Shown piece after piece: positions 50,433 to 64,000 of a stretch of 64,000 nucleotides of DNA. Location: contig OZ024764.1 in the NCBI GenBank assembly GCA_964016885.1, positions 27,714,001 to 27,778,000 of the forward strand. The letters run 5' to 3'. Position numbers and translations under genes: made by a program. A model generated the notes under the pieces. The model made no database searches. It worked only from the letters and a program-made list of their open reading frames with translations, and was not told the DNA's origin. How positions within the stretch are numbered: position 1 is the stretch's first letter; every line of letters begins with the position of its first letter. This DNA is from Eledone cirrhosa. Taxonomy: Eukaryota.

Positions 50433-51350
50433 CAAATGAATATATATATATATATATATATATATACTACTAAAGTGTATGTAAAATTTTAAAATAAATA
50501 CTTAAATTCAATTTGTATAATTACACATACAATATGTTTTGTTGTAAAACCCTAAATAATGATTTAAGAAATGATGTCAATCTCTTTGTACAGAGAAAAA
50601 CAATTTATATATATGCATTGTGTGCGCGTGTATACTCCATTTAAGACATTGAAAAACCTAGTACCTCCTTCAAAGAATGCCAAATAGTTTATGCCTAAGG
50701 TGTAACACTAATTAAGTTACCGGTGTAGATATTTCAGTTGAACCCTGCTTCAAACATGCATATTATTATTATATATTTTCAAACACACTTACATACATTA
50801 TATTTATACACATAGAAATAATAAGTTAAAACTAAAGTATAATGATATAACAACAGTATATAATAGTTTTCTTCACTTTATTGAAATGCAATCGTTTTAA
50901 AGAAAAAACATGACAGTATAAGAAATATTTAATATGATAACATAATATTTCAGGTAGGATGGTCGTTTCTCTATGATGGTGGTTTCTCTTTGAACTAATA
51001 ATTGTTTCTATTTTAGGCACAAGGTCAGTAATTAACCAGTACATTACTGGTACTTTATTTTATCGACCCCGTAAGGATGAAAGGCAAAGTTGACCTCGGA
51101 TCATAAAGGGACGTAACTATGCTGGAAAGCATGGCGTCAGACCCTCTACCGATACTGCCAATTCACCATACAGTATAATTATACAAATATGCATATAGAT
51201 AGCAATATATATACACTAATATGTATGTACATATTTACACATATGTACATATATATAGGGAGAGAGAGAGACACATGTATGTATATATATATACACATGC
51301 GTGTATGCATGTGTGTTTATGTACATTCTTCGGTATATATATCGGTATAC
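50433..51350. repeat. 5' unique part of the insertion, third copy, with SINE ~51012-51166
   Basis: Translations 15823-16035(-) and 50832-51044(-) are identical. Confidence 0.9.
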
Positions 51351-54300
51351 ACATTGGAGACACAGAGAGAGAGAGTTGAAACGAGAGGTGAGAGAGTTGA
51401 AACAAGAGAGGAGATGGTTGAAACACGAGGAGAGAGAGAGAGTTGAAACGAGAGGACGTAACTATGCTGGAAAGCATGGCGTCAGACCCGAGAGACAGAG
51501 AGAGCGAGATGACACGAGACAGAGAGCGAGATGAAATGAGAGAGAGAGAGAGAGAGATGAAACGAGAGAGAGAGTGCGAGATGAAACGAGAGTGAGAGAG
51601 CGAGATGAAACGAGAGAGTGAGAGCGAGATGAAATGAGAGAGAGAGAGAACGAGATGAAATGAGAGAGAGAGAGAGCGAGATGAAATGAGACATAGAGAG
51701 ATGAAACGAGAGAGAGATGAAACGAGAAAGAGAGGAAACGAGAGAGAGGAAACGTGAGTAGAGAGCAAGATGAAACAGGAGAGAGAGAGCGAGATGAAAC
51801 GAGAGGGAGAGAGAGATGAAACGAGAGAGCGAGAGAGAGATAGAGGGAAATGAAACGACAGAGAGAGAGACAGATGAAACGAGGGATATAGAGATGAAAC
51901 GAGAGAGAGGAAGAGAGCGATAGAACGAGAGAGAGGAAGAGAGAGATGAAACGAGAGAGAAGAAGACAGAGGTGAAACGAGAGAGAGAGAGCGAGATGAA
52001 ACGAGAGAGAGAGCGAGATGAAACGAGAGAGAGGAAGAGAGAGAGCGAGAGATGAAACTCTGTCATGGACATATCTGACCCTGGGGCTAATAATTGTCAT
52101 GTAATGTTATGGACATCTCTGCCCCTGTGGCTAATAATTCTGTCATGTAATGTTATGGACATCTCTGCCCCTGTGGCTAATAATTCTGTCATGTAATGTT
52201 ATGGAAATCTCTGCCCCTGTGGCTAATAATTCTGTCATGTAATGTTATGGACATCTCTGCCCCTGTGGCTAATAATTCTGTCATGTAATGTTATGGAATC
52301 TCTGCCCCTGTGGCTAATAAATCTGTCATTTAATGTTACGGACATCTCTGCCACTGGCTAATAAATCTGTCATGTAATGTTATGGACATCTCTGCCCCTG
52401 TGGCTAATAATTCTGACATGTAATGTTATGGATATCTCTGCCCCTGTAGCTAATAATTCTGACATGTAATGTTATGGACATCTCTGCCCCTGTGGCTAAT
52501 AAATTCGTCATGTAATGTTATGGACATCTCTGCCCCTGTGGCTAATAAATCTGTCATGTAATGTTATGGACATCTCTGCCCCTGTGGCTAATAATTCTGA
52601 CATGTAATGTTATGGACATCTCTGCCCCTGTGGCTAATAATTCTGACATGTAATGTTATGGACATCTCTGCCCCTGTGGCTAATAAATCTGAGAGAGATG
52701 AAACAAGTGAGGGATTAGAGAGAGATGAAACAAGTGAGGGATTAGAGTGTTGAAACAAGAGAGAGAGAGGAAGAGAGAGTGAGAGCGAGATGAAACGAGA
52801 GAGAGAGAGAGAGCGAGATGAAATGAGAGAGAGAGAGCGAGATGAAATGAGAGAGAGAGAGCGAGATGAAACGAGACAGAGAGAGCGGGATGAAACGTGA
52901 CAGAGAGAGCAAGAGCGAGATGAAACGAGACAGAGAGAGCGAGATGAAACGAGAGAGAGAGAGCGAGATAAAATGAGAGAGAGAGAGCGAGATGAAATGA
53001 GAGAGAGAGAGCGAGATGAAACGAGAGAGTGAGAGCGAGATGGAACGAGACAGAGAGAGCGAGATGAAACGAGAGTAGGAGAGCTAGATGAAACGAGAGA
53101 GTGAGGAAACGAGAGATACGAAACGAGAGAGAGGAAACGAGAGTAGAGAGCGAGATGAAACAGGAGAGAGAGAGCGAGATGAAACAGGAGAGAGAAAGCG
53201 AGATGAAACGAGAGGGAGAGAGAGATGAAACGAGAGAGCGAGAGAGAGATAGAGGGAGATGAAACGACAGAGAGAGAGACAGATGAAACGAGGGAGATAG
53301 AGATGAAACGAGAGAGAGAGATGAAACGAGAGAGAGGAAGAGAGAGATGGAACGAGAGAGAGGAAGACAGAGATGAAACGAGAGAGAGAGAGAGCAAGAT
53401 GAAACGAGAGAGAGGAAGAGAGAGATGGAACGAGAGAGAGGAAGAGAGAGATGGAACGAGCGAGAGGAAGACAGAGATGAAACGAGACAGAGAGAGATCG
53501 AGATGAAACGAGAGAGAGGAAGAGAGAGAGCGCAAGATGAAACGAGAGAGAGAGAGAGAGCGAGATGAAACGAGAGAGAGGAAGAGAGAGAGCGCGAGAT
53601 GAAACGAGAGAGAGGAAGAGAGAGAGCGCGAGATGAAGTGAGAGAGAGAGAGCGAGATGAAATGAGAGATTGAGAGTGAGATGAAACGAGAGAGTGAGAG
53701 AGAGCGAGATGAAATGAGAGAGAGAGAGCGAGATGAAATGAGAGAGAGAGAGCGAGATGAAATGAGAGAGAGAGAGCGAGATGAAACGAGACAGAGAGAG
53801 CGGGATGAAACGAGACAGAGAGATCGAGATGAAATGAGAGAGAGAGAGCGAGATGAAATGAGAGAGAGAGAGCGAGATGAAACGAGAGAGTGAGAGCGAG
53901 ATGGAACGAGTCAGAGAGAGCGAGATGAAACGAGAGAGTGAGAGCTAGATGAAACGAGAGAGAGAGGAAACGAGAGAGAGAGGAAACTAGAGAGAGGAAA
54001 CGAGAGTAGAGAGCAAGATGAAACAGGAGAGAGAGAGAGCGAGATGAAACCGGAGAGAGAGAGCGAGATGAAACGAGAGGGAGGGAGAGATGAAACGAGA
54101 GAGCGAGAGAGAGATAGAGGGAGATGAAACGAGAGAGTGATAGCTAGATGAAACGAGAGAGAGAGGAATAGAGAGATGGAACGAGAGAGAGGAAGACAGA
54201 TATGAAACGAGAGAGAGAGAGAGCGAGATGAAACGAGAGAGAGGAAGAGAGAGAGCGCGAGATGAAACGAGAGAGAGAGAGCGAGATGAAACGAGAGAGA

Positions 54301-57300
54301 GAGAGCGAGATGAAACGAGAGAGAGGAAGAGAGAGAGCGCGAGATGAAAGTCTGTCATGTAATGTTATGGACATATCTGCCCTTGGGGCTAATAATTGTC
54401 ATGTAATGTTATGGACATATCTACCCTTGGGGCTAATAATTGTCATGTAATGTTATGTACATCTCTGCCCCTGTGGCAAATAATTCTGTCATGTAATGTT
54501 ATGGACATCTCTGTCCCTGTGGCTAATAATTATGTCATGTAATGTTATGGACATCTCTGCCCCTGTGGCTAATAATTCTGTCATGTAATGTTATGGACAT
54601 CTCTGCCCCTGTGGCTAATAAATTTGTCATGTAATGTTATGGACATCTCTGCCCCTGTGGCTAATAAATCTGTCATGTAATGTTATGGACATCTCTGCCC
54701 CTGTGGCTAATAATTCTGACATGTAATGTTATGGATATCTCTGCCCCTGTGGCTAATAATTCTGAGAGAGATGAAACAAGTGAGGGATAAGAGAGAGATG
54801 AAACAAGTGAGGGATTAGAGTGTTGAAACAAGAGAGAGAGAGGAAGAGAGAGTGAGAGCGAGATCAAACGAGAGAGAGAGAGCGAGATGAAATGAGAGAG
54901 TGAGAGCGAGATGAAACGAGAGAGAGAGAGCGAGATGAAATAAGAGAGAGAGAGCGAGATGAAATGAGAGAGAGAGAGCGAGATGAAACGAGACAGAGAG
55001 AGCGAGGTGAAACGAGAGAGAGAGAGAGCGAAATGAAACGAGACAGATTAGAGCGAGATGAAACGAGAGAGAGAGAGCGAGATGAAATGAGAGAGAGAGA
55101 GCGAGATGAAACGAGAGAGTGAGAGCTAGAGGAAACGATAGAGAGAGGAAACGAGAGAGAGAGGAAACGAGAGAGAGGATACGAGAGAGAGGAAACGAGA
55201 GTAGAGAGCGAGATGAAACAGGAGAGAGAGAGCGAGATGAAACAGGAGAGAGAGAGCGAGATGAAACGAGAGGGAGAGAGAAATGAAACGAGAGAGCGAG
55301 AGAGAGATAGAGGGAGATGAAACGACAGAGAGAGAGACAGATGAAACAAGTGAGGGATAAGAGAGAGATGAAACAAGTGAGGGATTAGAGTGTTGAAACA
55401 AGAGAGAGAGAGGAAGAGAGAGTGAGAGCGAGATCAAACGAGAGAGAGAGAGCGAGATGAAATGAGAGAGTGAGAGCGAGATGAAACGAGAGCGAGAGAG
55501 CGAGATGAAATGAGAGAGCGAGAGCGAGATGAAATGAGAGAGAGAGAGCGAGATGAAACGAGACAGAGAGAGCGAGATGAAACGAGAGAGAGAGAGAGCG
55601 AAATGAAACGAGACAGATTAGAGCGAGATGAAACGAGAGAGAGAGAGCGAGATGAAATGAGAGAGAGAGAGCGAGATGAAACGAGAGAGTGAGAGCTAGA
55701 GGAAACGAGAGAGAGAGGAAACGAGAGTAGAGAGCGAGATGAAACAGGAGAGAGAGAGCGAGATGAAACAGGAGAGAGAGAGCGAGATGAAACAGGAGAG
55801 AGAGAGCGAGATGAAACAGGAGAGAGAGAGCGAGATGAAACGAGAGGGAGAGAGAGATGAAACGAGAGAGCGAGAGAGAGATAGAGGGAGATGAAACGAC
55901 AGAGAGAGAGACAGATGAAACGAGGGAGATAGAGATGAAACGAGAGAGAGAGATGAAACGAGAGAGAGGAAGAGAGAGATGGAACGAGAGAGAGGAAGAG
56001 AGAGATGGAACGAGAGAGAGGAAGACAGAGATGAAACGAGAGAGAGAGAGAGCGAGATGAAACGAGAGAGAGGAAGAGAGAGAACGCGAGATGAAACGAG
56101 AGAGAGAGAGAGCAAGATGAAACGAGAGAGAGGAAGAGAGAGAGCGCAAGATGAAACGAGAGAGAGAGAGCGCGAGATGAAAGTCTGTCATGTAATGTTA
56201 TGGACACATCTGCCCTTGGGGCTAATAATTGTCATGTAATGTTATGGAAATCTCTGCCCCTGTGGCTAATAATTCTGTCATGTAATGTTATGGACATCTC
56301 TGCCCCTGTGGCTAATAATTCTGTCATGTAATGTTATGGACATCTCTGCCCCTGTGGCTAATAAATCTGTCATGTAATGTTATGGACATCTCTGCCCCTG
56401 TGGCTAATAATTCTGACATGTAATGTTATGGACATCTCTGCCCCTGTGGCTAATAAATATGACATGTAATGTTATGGACATCTCTGCCCCTGTGGCTAAT
56501 AAATCTGTCATGTAATGTTATGGACATCTCTGCCCCTGTGGCTAATAATTCTGACATGTAATGTTATGGAAATCTCTGCCCCTGTGGCTAATAATTCTGA
56601 GAGAGATGAAACAAGTGAGGGATTAGATAGAGATGAAACAAGTGAGGGATTAGAGTGTTGAAACAAGAGAGAGAGAGGAAGAGAGAGTGAAAGCGAAATC
56701 AAACGAGAGAGAGCGAGATGAAATGAGAGAGTGAGAGCGAGATGAAACGAGAGAGAGAGAGAGAGCGAGATGAAATGAGAGAGAGAGAGCGAGATGAAAT
56801 GAGAGAGAGAGAGCGAGATGAAACGAGACAGAGAGAGCGGGATGAAACGAGACAGAGAGAGCGAGAGCGAGATGAAACGAGACAGAGAGAGCGAGATGAA
56901 ACGAGAGAGAGAGAGCGAGATGAAATGAGAGAGAGAGAGCGAGATGAAATGAGAGAGAGAGAGCGAGATGAAACGAGAGAGTGAGAGCGAGATGGAACGA
57001 GACAGAGAGAGCGAGATGAAACGAGAGTGGGAGAGCTAGATGAAACGAGAGAGAGAGGAAACGAGAGAGACGAAACGAGAGAGAGGAAACGAGAGTAGAG
57101 AGCGAGATGAAACAGGAGAGAGACAGCGAGATGAAACAGGAGAGAGAGAGCGAGATGAAACGAGAGGGAGAGAGAGATGAAACGAGAGAGCGAGAGAGAG
57201 ATAGAGGGAGATGAAACGACAGAGAGAGATACAGATGAAACGAGGGAGATAGAGATGAAACGAGAGAGAGAGATGAAACGAGAGAGAGGGAGAGAGAGAT

Positions 57301-60300
57301 GGAACGAGAGAGAGGAAGAGAGAGATGGAACGAGAGAGAGGAAGACAGAGATGAAACGAGAGAGAGAGAGAGCAAGGTGAAACGAGAGAGAGAGATGTAA
57401 CGAGAGAGAGGAAGAGAGAGATGGAACGAGAGAGAGGAAGAGAGAGATGGAACGAGCGAGAGGAAGACAGAGATGAAACGAGACAGAGAGAGAGAGCGAG
57501 ATGAAACGAGAGAGAGGAAGAGAGAGAGCGCGAGATGAAACGAGAGAGAGGAAGAGAGAGAGCGCGAGATGAAATGAGAGAGAGAGAGCGAGATGAAATG
57601 AGAGATTGAGAGTGAGATGAAACGAGAGAGTGAGAGAGAGCGAGATGAAATGAGAGAGAGAGAGCGAGATGAAACGAGACAGAGGGAGCGGGATGAAACG
57701 AGACAGAGAGATCGAGATGAAATGAGAGAGAGAGAGCGAGATGAAATGAGAGAGAGAGAGCGAGATGAAACGAGAGAGTGAGAGCGAGATGGAACGAGTC
57801 AGAGAGAGCGAGATGAAACGAGAGAGTGAGAGCTAGATGAAACGAGAGAGAGAGGAAACGAGAGAGAGAGGAAACGAGAGAGAGGAAACCAGAGAGAGGA
57901 AACGAGAGTAGAGAGCAAGATGAAACAGGAGAGAGAGAGAGCGAGATGAAACCGGAGAGAGAGAGCGAGATGAAACGAGAGGGAGGGAGAGATGAAACGA
58001 GAGAGCGAGAGAGAGATAGAGGGAGATGAAACGAGAGAGTGATAGCTAGATGAAACGAGAGAGAGAGGAATAGAGAGATGGAACGAGAGAGAGGAAGACA
58101 GATATGAAACGAGAGAGAGAGAGCGAGATGAAACGAGAGAGAGGAAGAGAGAGAGCGCGAGATGAAACGAGAGAGAGAGCGAGATGAAACGAGAGAGAGA
58201 GAGAGCGAGATGAAACGAGAGAGAGGAAGAGAGAGAGCGCGAGATGAAAGTCTGTCATGTAATGTTATGGACATATCTGCCCCTGGGGCTAATAATTGTC
58301 ATGTAATGTTATGGACATATCTGCCCTTGGGGCTAATAATTGTCATGTAATGTTATGTACATCTCTGCCCCTGTGGCAAATAATTCTGTCATGTAATGTT
58401 ATGGACATCTCTGTCCCTGTGGCTAATAATTATGTCATGTAATGTTATGGACATCTCTGCCCCTGTGGCTAATAATTCTGTCATGTAATGTTATGGACAT
58501 CTCTGCCCCTGTGGCTAATAAATTCGTCATGTAATGTTATGGACATCTCTGCCCCTGTGGCTAATAAATCTGTCATGTAATGTTATGGACATCTCTGCCC
58601 CTGTGGCTAATAATTCTGACATGTAATGTTATGGATATCTCTGCCCCTGTGGCTAATAATTCTGAGAGAGATGAAACAAGTGAGGGATAAGAGAGAGATG
58701 AAACAAGTGAGGGATTAGAGTGTTGAAACAAGAGAGAGAGAGGAAGAGAGAGTGAGAGCGAGATCAAACGAGAGAGAGAGAGCGAGATGAAATGAGAGAG
58801 TGAGAGCGAGATGAAACGAGAGAGAGAGAGCGAGATGAAATGAGAGAGAGAGAGAGCGAGATGAAATGAGAGAGAGAGAGCAAGATGAAACGAGACAGAG
58901 CGAGCGAGATGAAACGAGAGAGAGAGAGAGCGAAATGAAACGAGACAGATTAGAGCGAGATGAAACGAGAGAGAGAGAGCGAGATGAAATGAGAGAGAGA
59001 GAGCGAGATGAAACGAGAGAGTGAGAGCTAGAGGAAACGAGAGAGAGAGGAAACGAGAGAGAGAGGAAACGAGAGAGAGGATACGAGAGAGAGGAAACGA
59101 GAGTAGAGAGCGAGATGAAACAGGAGAGAGAGAGCGAGATGAAACAGGAGAGAGAGAGCGAGATGAAACAGGAGAGAGAGAGCGAGATGAAACAGGAGAG
59201 AGAGAGCGAGATGAAACGAGAGAGAGAGAGCGAAATGAGAGAGAGAGAGCGAGATGAAATGAGAGAGAGAGAGCGAGATGAAACGAGAGAGTGAGAGCGA
59301 GATGGAACGAGACAGAGAGAGCGAGATGAAACGAGAGTAGGAGAGCTAGATGAAACGAGAGAGAGAGGAAACGAGAGATACGAAACGAGAGAGAGGAAAC
59401 GAGAGTAGAGAGCGAGATGAAACAGGAGAGAGAGAGCGAGATGAAACAGGAGAGAGAAAGCGAGATGAAACGAGAGGGAGAGAGAGATGAAACGAGAGAG
59501 CGAGAGAGAGATAGAGGGAGATGAAACGACAGAGAGAGAGACAGATGAAACGAGGGAGATAGAGATGAAACGAGAGAGAGAGATGAAACGAGAGAGAGGA
59601 AGAGAGAGATGGAACGAGAGAGAGGAAGAGAGAGATGGAACGAGAGAGAGGAAGACAGAGATGAAACGAGAGAGAGAGAGAGCAAGATGAAACGAGAGAG
59701 AGGAAGAGAGAGATGGAACGAGAGAGAGGAAGAGAGAGATGGAACGAGCGAGAGGAAGACAGAGATGAAACGAGTCAGAGAGAGATCGAGATGAAACGAG
59801 AGAGAGGAAGAGAGAGAGCGCAAGATGAAACGAGAGAGAGAGAGAGAGCGAGATGAAACGAGAGAGAGGAAGAGAGAGAGCGCGAGATGAAACGAGAGAG
59901 AGGAAGAGAGAGAGCGCGAGATGAAGTGAGAGAGAGAGAGCGAGATGAAATGAGAGATTGAGACTGAGATGAAACGAGAGAGTGAGAGAGAGCGAGATGA
60001 AATGAGAGAGAGAGAGCGAGATGAAATGAGAGAGAGAGAGCGAGATGAAATGAGAGAGAGAGAGCGAGATGAAACGAGACAGAGAGAGCGGTATGAAACG
60101 AGACAGAGAGATCGAGATGAAATGAGAGAGAGAGAGCGAGATGAAATGAGAGAGAGAGAGCGAGATGAAACGAGAGAGTGAGAGCGAGATGGAACGAGTC
60201 AGAGAGAGCGAGATGAAACGAGAGAGTGAGAGCTAGATGAAACGAGAGAGAGAGGAAACGAGAGAGAGAGGAAACTAGAGAGAGGAAACGAGAGAGAGGA

Positions 60301-63300
60301 AACGAGAGTAGAGAGCAAGATGAAACAGGAGAGAGAGAGAGCGAGATGAAACCGGAGAGAGAGAGCGAGATGAAACGAGAGGGAGGGAGAGATGAAACGA
60401 GAGAGCGAGAGAGAGATAGAGGGAGATGAAACGAGAGAGTGATAGCTAGATGAAACGAGAGAGAGAGGAATAGAGAGATGGAATGAGAGAGAGGAAGACA
60501 GATATGAAACGAGAGAGAGAGAGAGCGAGATGAAACGAGAGAGAGGAAGAGAGAGAGCGCGAGATGAAACGAGAGAGAGAGAGCGAGATGAAACGAGAGA
60601 GAGAGAGCGAGATGAAACGAGAGAGAGAGAGCGAGATGAAACGAGAGAGAGGAAGAGAGAGAGCGCGAGATGAAAGTCTGTCATGTAATGTTATGGACAT
60701 ATCTGCCCTTGGGGCTAATAATTGTCATGTAATGTTATGGACATATCTGCCCTTGGGGCTAATAATTGTCATGTAATGTTATGTACATCTCTGCCCCTGT
60801 GGCAAATAATTCTGTCATGTAATGTTATGGACATCTCTGTCCCTGTGGCTAATAATTATGTCATGTAATGTTATGGACATCTCTGCCCCTGTGGCTAATA
60901 ATTCTGTCATGTAATGTTATGGACATCTCTGCCCCTGTGGCTAATAAATTTGTCATGTAATGTTATGGACATCTCTGCCCCTGTGGCTAATAAATCTGTC
61001 ATGTAATGTTATGGACATCTCTGCCCCTGTGGCTAATAATTCTGACATGTAATGTTATGGATATCTCTGCCCCTGTGGCTAATAATTCTGAGAGAGATGA
61101 AACAAGTGAGGGATAAGAGAGAGATGAAACAAGTGAGGGATTAGAGTGTTGAAACAAGAGAGAGAGAGGAAGAGAGAGTAAGAGCGAGATCAAACGAGAG
61201 AGAGAGAGCGAGATGAAATGAGAGAGTGAGAGCGAGATGAAACGAGAGAGAGAGAGTGAGATGAAATAAGAGAGAGAGAGCGAGATGAAATGAGAGAGAG
61301 AGAGCGAGATGAAACGAGACAGAGAGAGCGAGGTGAAACGAGAGAGAGAGAGAGCGAAATGAAACGAGACAGATTAGAGCGAGATGAAACGAGAGAGAGA
61401 GAGCGAGATGAAATGAGAGAGAGAGAGCGAGATGAAACGAGAGAGTGAGAGCTAGAGGAAACGATAGAGAGAGGAAACGAGAGAGAGAGGAAACGAGAGA
61501 GAGGATACGAGAGAGAGGAAACGAGAGTAGAGAGCAAGATGAAACAGGAGAGAGAGAGCGAGATGAAACAGGAGAGAGAGAGCGAGATGAAACGAGAGGG
61601 AGAGAGAGATGAAACGAGAGAGCGAGAGAGAGATAGAGGGAGATGAAACGACAGAGAGAGAGACAGATGAAACAAGTGAGGGATAAGAGAGAGATGAAAC
61701 AAGTGAGGGATTAGAGTGTTGAAACAAGAGAGAGAGAGGAAGAGAGAGTGAGAGCGAGATCAAACGAGAGAGAGAGAGCGAGATGAAATGAGAGAGTGAG
61801 AGCGAGATGAAACGAGAGAGAGAGAGCGAGATGAAATGAGAGAGCGAGAGCGAGATGAAATGAGAGAGAGAGAGCGAGATGAAACGAGACAGAGAGAGCG
61901 AGATGAAACGAGAGAGAGAGAGCGAAATGAAACGAGACAGATTAGAGCGAGATGAAACGAGAGAGAGAGAGCGAGATGAAATGAGAGAGAGAGAGCGAGA
62001 TGAAACGAGAGAGTGAGAGCTAGAGGAAACGAGAGAGAGAGGAAACGAGAGTAGAGAGCGAGATGAAACAGGAGAGAGAGAGCGAGATGAAACAGGAGAG
62101 AGAGAGCGAGATGAAACAGGAGAGAGAGAGCGAGATGAAACAGGAGAGAGAGAGCGAGATGAAACAGGAGAGAGAGAGCGAGATGAAACGAGAGGGAGAG
62201 AGAGATGAAACGAGAGAGCGAGAGAGAGATAGAGGGAGATGAAACGACAGAGAGAGAGACAGATGAAACGAGGGAGATAGAGATGAAACGAGAGAGAGAG
62301 ATGAAACGAGAGAGAGGAAGAGAGAGATGGAACGAGAGAGAGGAAGAGAGAGATGGAACGAGAGAGAGGAAGACAGAGATGAAACGAGAGAGAGAGAGAG
62401 CGAGATGAAACGAGAAAGAGGAAGAGAGAGAACGCGAGATGAAACGAGAGAGAGAGAGAGCAAGATGAAACGAGAGAGAGGAAGAGAGAGAGCGCAAGAT
62501 GAAACGAGAGAGAGAGAGCGCGAGATGAAAGTCTGTCATGTAATGTTATGGACACATCTGCCCTTGGGGCTAATAATTGTCATGTAATGTTATGGAAATC
62601 TCTGCCCCTGTGGCTAATAATTCTGTCATGTAATGTTATGGACATCTCTGCCCCTGTGGCTAATAATTCTGTCATGTAATGTTATGGACATCTCTGCCCC
62701 TGTGGCTAATAAATCTGTCATGTAATGTAATGGACATCTCTGCCCCTGTGGCTAATAATTCTGACATGTAATGTTATGGACATCTCTGCCCCTGTGGCTA
62801 ATAAATATGACATGTAATGTTATGGACATCTCTGCCCCTGTGGCTAATAAATCTGTCATGTAATGTTATGGACATCTCTGCCCCTGTGGCTAATAATTCT
62901 GACATGTAATGTTATGGACATCTCTGCCCCTGTGGCTAATAATTCTGAGAGAGATGAAACAAGTGAGGGATTAGATAGAGATGAAACAAGTGAGGGATTA
63001 GAGTGTTGAAACAAGAGAGAGAGAGGAAGAGAGAGTGAAAGCGAAATCAAACGAGAGAGAGCGAGATGAAATGAGAGAGTGAGAGCGAGATGAAACGAGA
63101 GAGAGAGAGAGAGCGAGATGAAATGAGAGAGAGAGAGCGAGATGAAATGAGAGAGAGAGAGCGAGATGAAATGAGACAGAGAGAGCGGGATGAAACGAGA
63201 CAGAGAGAGCGAGAGCGAGATGAAACGAGACAGAGAGAGCGAGATGAAACGAGAGAGAGAGAGCGAGATGAAATGAGAGAGAGAGAGCGAGATGAAATGA

Positions 63301-64000
63301 GAGAGAGAGAGCGAGATGAAACGAGAGAGTGAGAGCGAGATGGAACGAGACAGAGAGAGCGAGATGAAACGAGAGTGGGAGAGCTAGATGAAACGAGAGA
63401 GAGAGGAAACGAGAGAGACGAAACGAGAGAGAGGAAACGAGAGTAGAGAGCGAGATGAAACAGGAGAGAGACAGCGAGATGAAACAGGAGAGAGCGAGAT
63501 GAAACGAGAGGGAGAGAGAGATGAAACGAGAGAGCGAGAGAGAGATAGAGGGAGATGAAACGACAGAGAGAGATACAGATGAAACGAGGGAGATAGAGAT
63601 GAAACGAGAGAGAGAGATGAAACGAGAGAGAGGAAGAGAGAGATGGAACGAGAGAGAGGAAGAGAGAGATGGAACGAGAGAGAGGAAGACAGAGATGAAA
63701 CGAGAGAGAGAGAGAGCAAGATGAAACGAGAGAGAGAGATGTAACGAGAGAGAGGAAGAGAGAGATGGAACGAGAGAGAGGAAGAGAGAGATGGAACGAG
63801 CGAGAGGAAGACAGAGATGAAACGAGACAGAGAGAGATCGAGATGAAACGAGAGAGAGGAAGAGAGAGAGCGCAAGATGAAACGAGAGAGAGAGAGAGAG
63901 CGAGATGAAACGAGAGAGAGGAAGAGAGAGAGCGCGAGATGAAACGAGAGAGAGGAAGAGAGAGAGCGCGAGATGAAATGAGAGAGAGAGAGCGAGATGA
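51351..64000 (+). repeat. Second composite higher-order satellite array, running off the window
   Basis: 46-bp arrays at 52060-52692, 54352-54765, 56185-56600, 58252-58665, 60678-61091 and 62533-62948, between GA blocks. Confidence 0.95.

Overview
Eukaryotic, repeat-only DNA with no intact host gene, rRNA, tRNA gene or CRISPR array. The tRNA-derived CORE-type SINEs resemble, from memory, the octopus OR SINEs, so an octopod cephalopod source is likely but unverified. The window is a rearranged tandem array of a ~9.8-kb unit (cleanest copy 39708-49541). Each unit holds an internally deleted Helitron Rep/Pif1-helicase relic followed by a decayed PHD finger, a 55-bp minisatellite, CRE-type non-LTR retrotransposon 3' fragments, long fold-back elements and SINEs. 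Helitron N-terminal marker ORFs lie at 54, 12059, 14678, 39885 and 49715. One Helitron copy has an empty site (40641-40643). Another carries a 2.6-kb insertion (694-3316) with a single [GA-rich block + 46-bp minisatellite] monomer. In two further copies that monomer has expanded into a higher-order satellite: 16346-39709, which switches strand at ~28136, and 51351 to the window end. An 89-bp array of hairpins arranged as a larger palindrome (12262-13063) starts at a perfect 30-bp snap-back hairpin in a broken Helitron copy. Nearly all Ser/Leu-rich or Arg/Glu-rich ORFs in the track are repeat artefacts. I see no novel gene system; the interest is structural and evolutionary.
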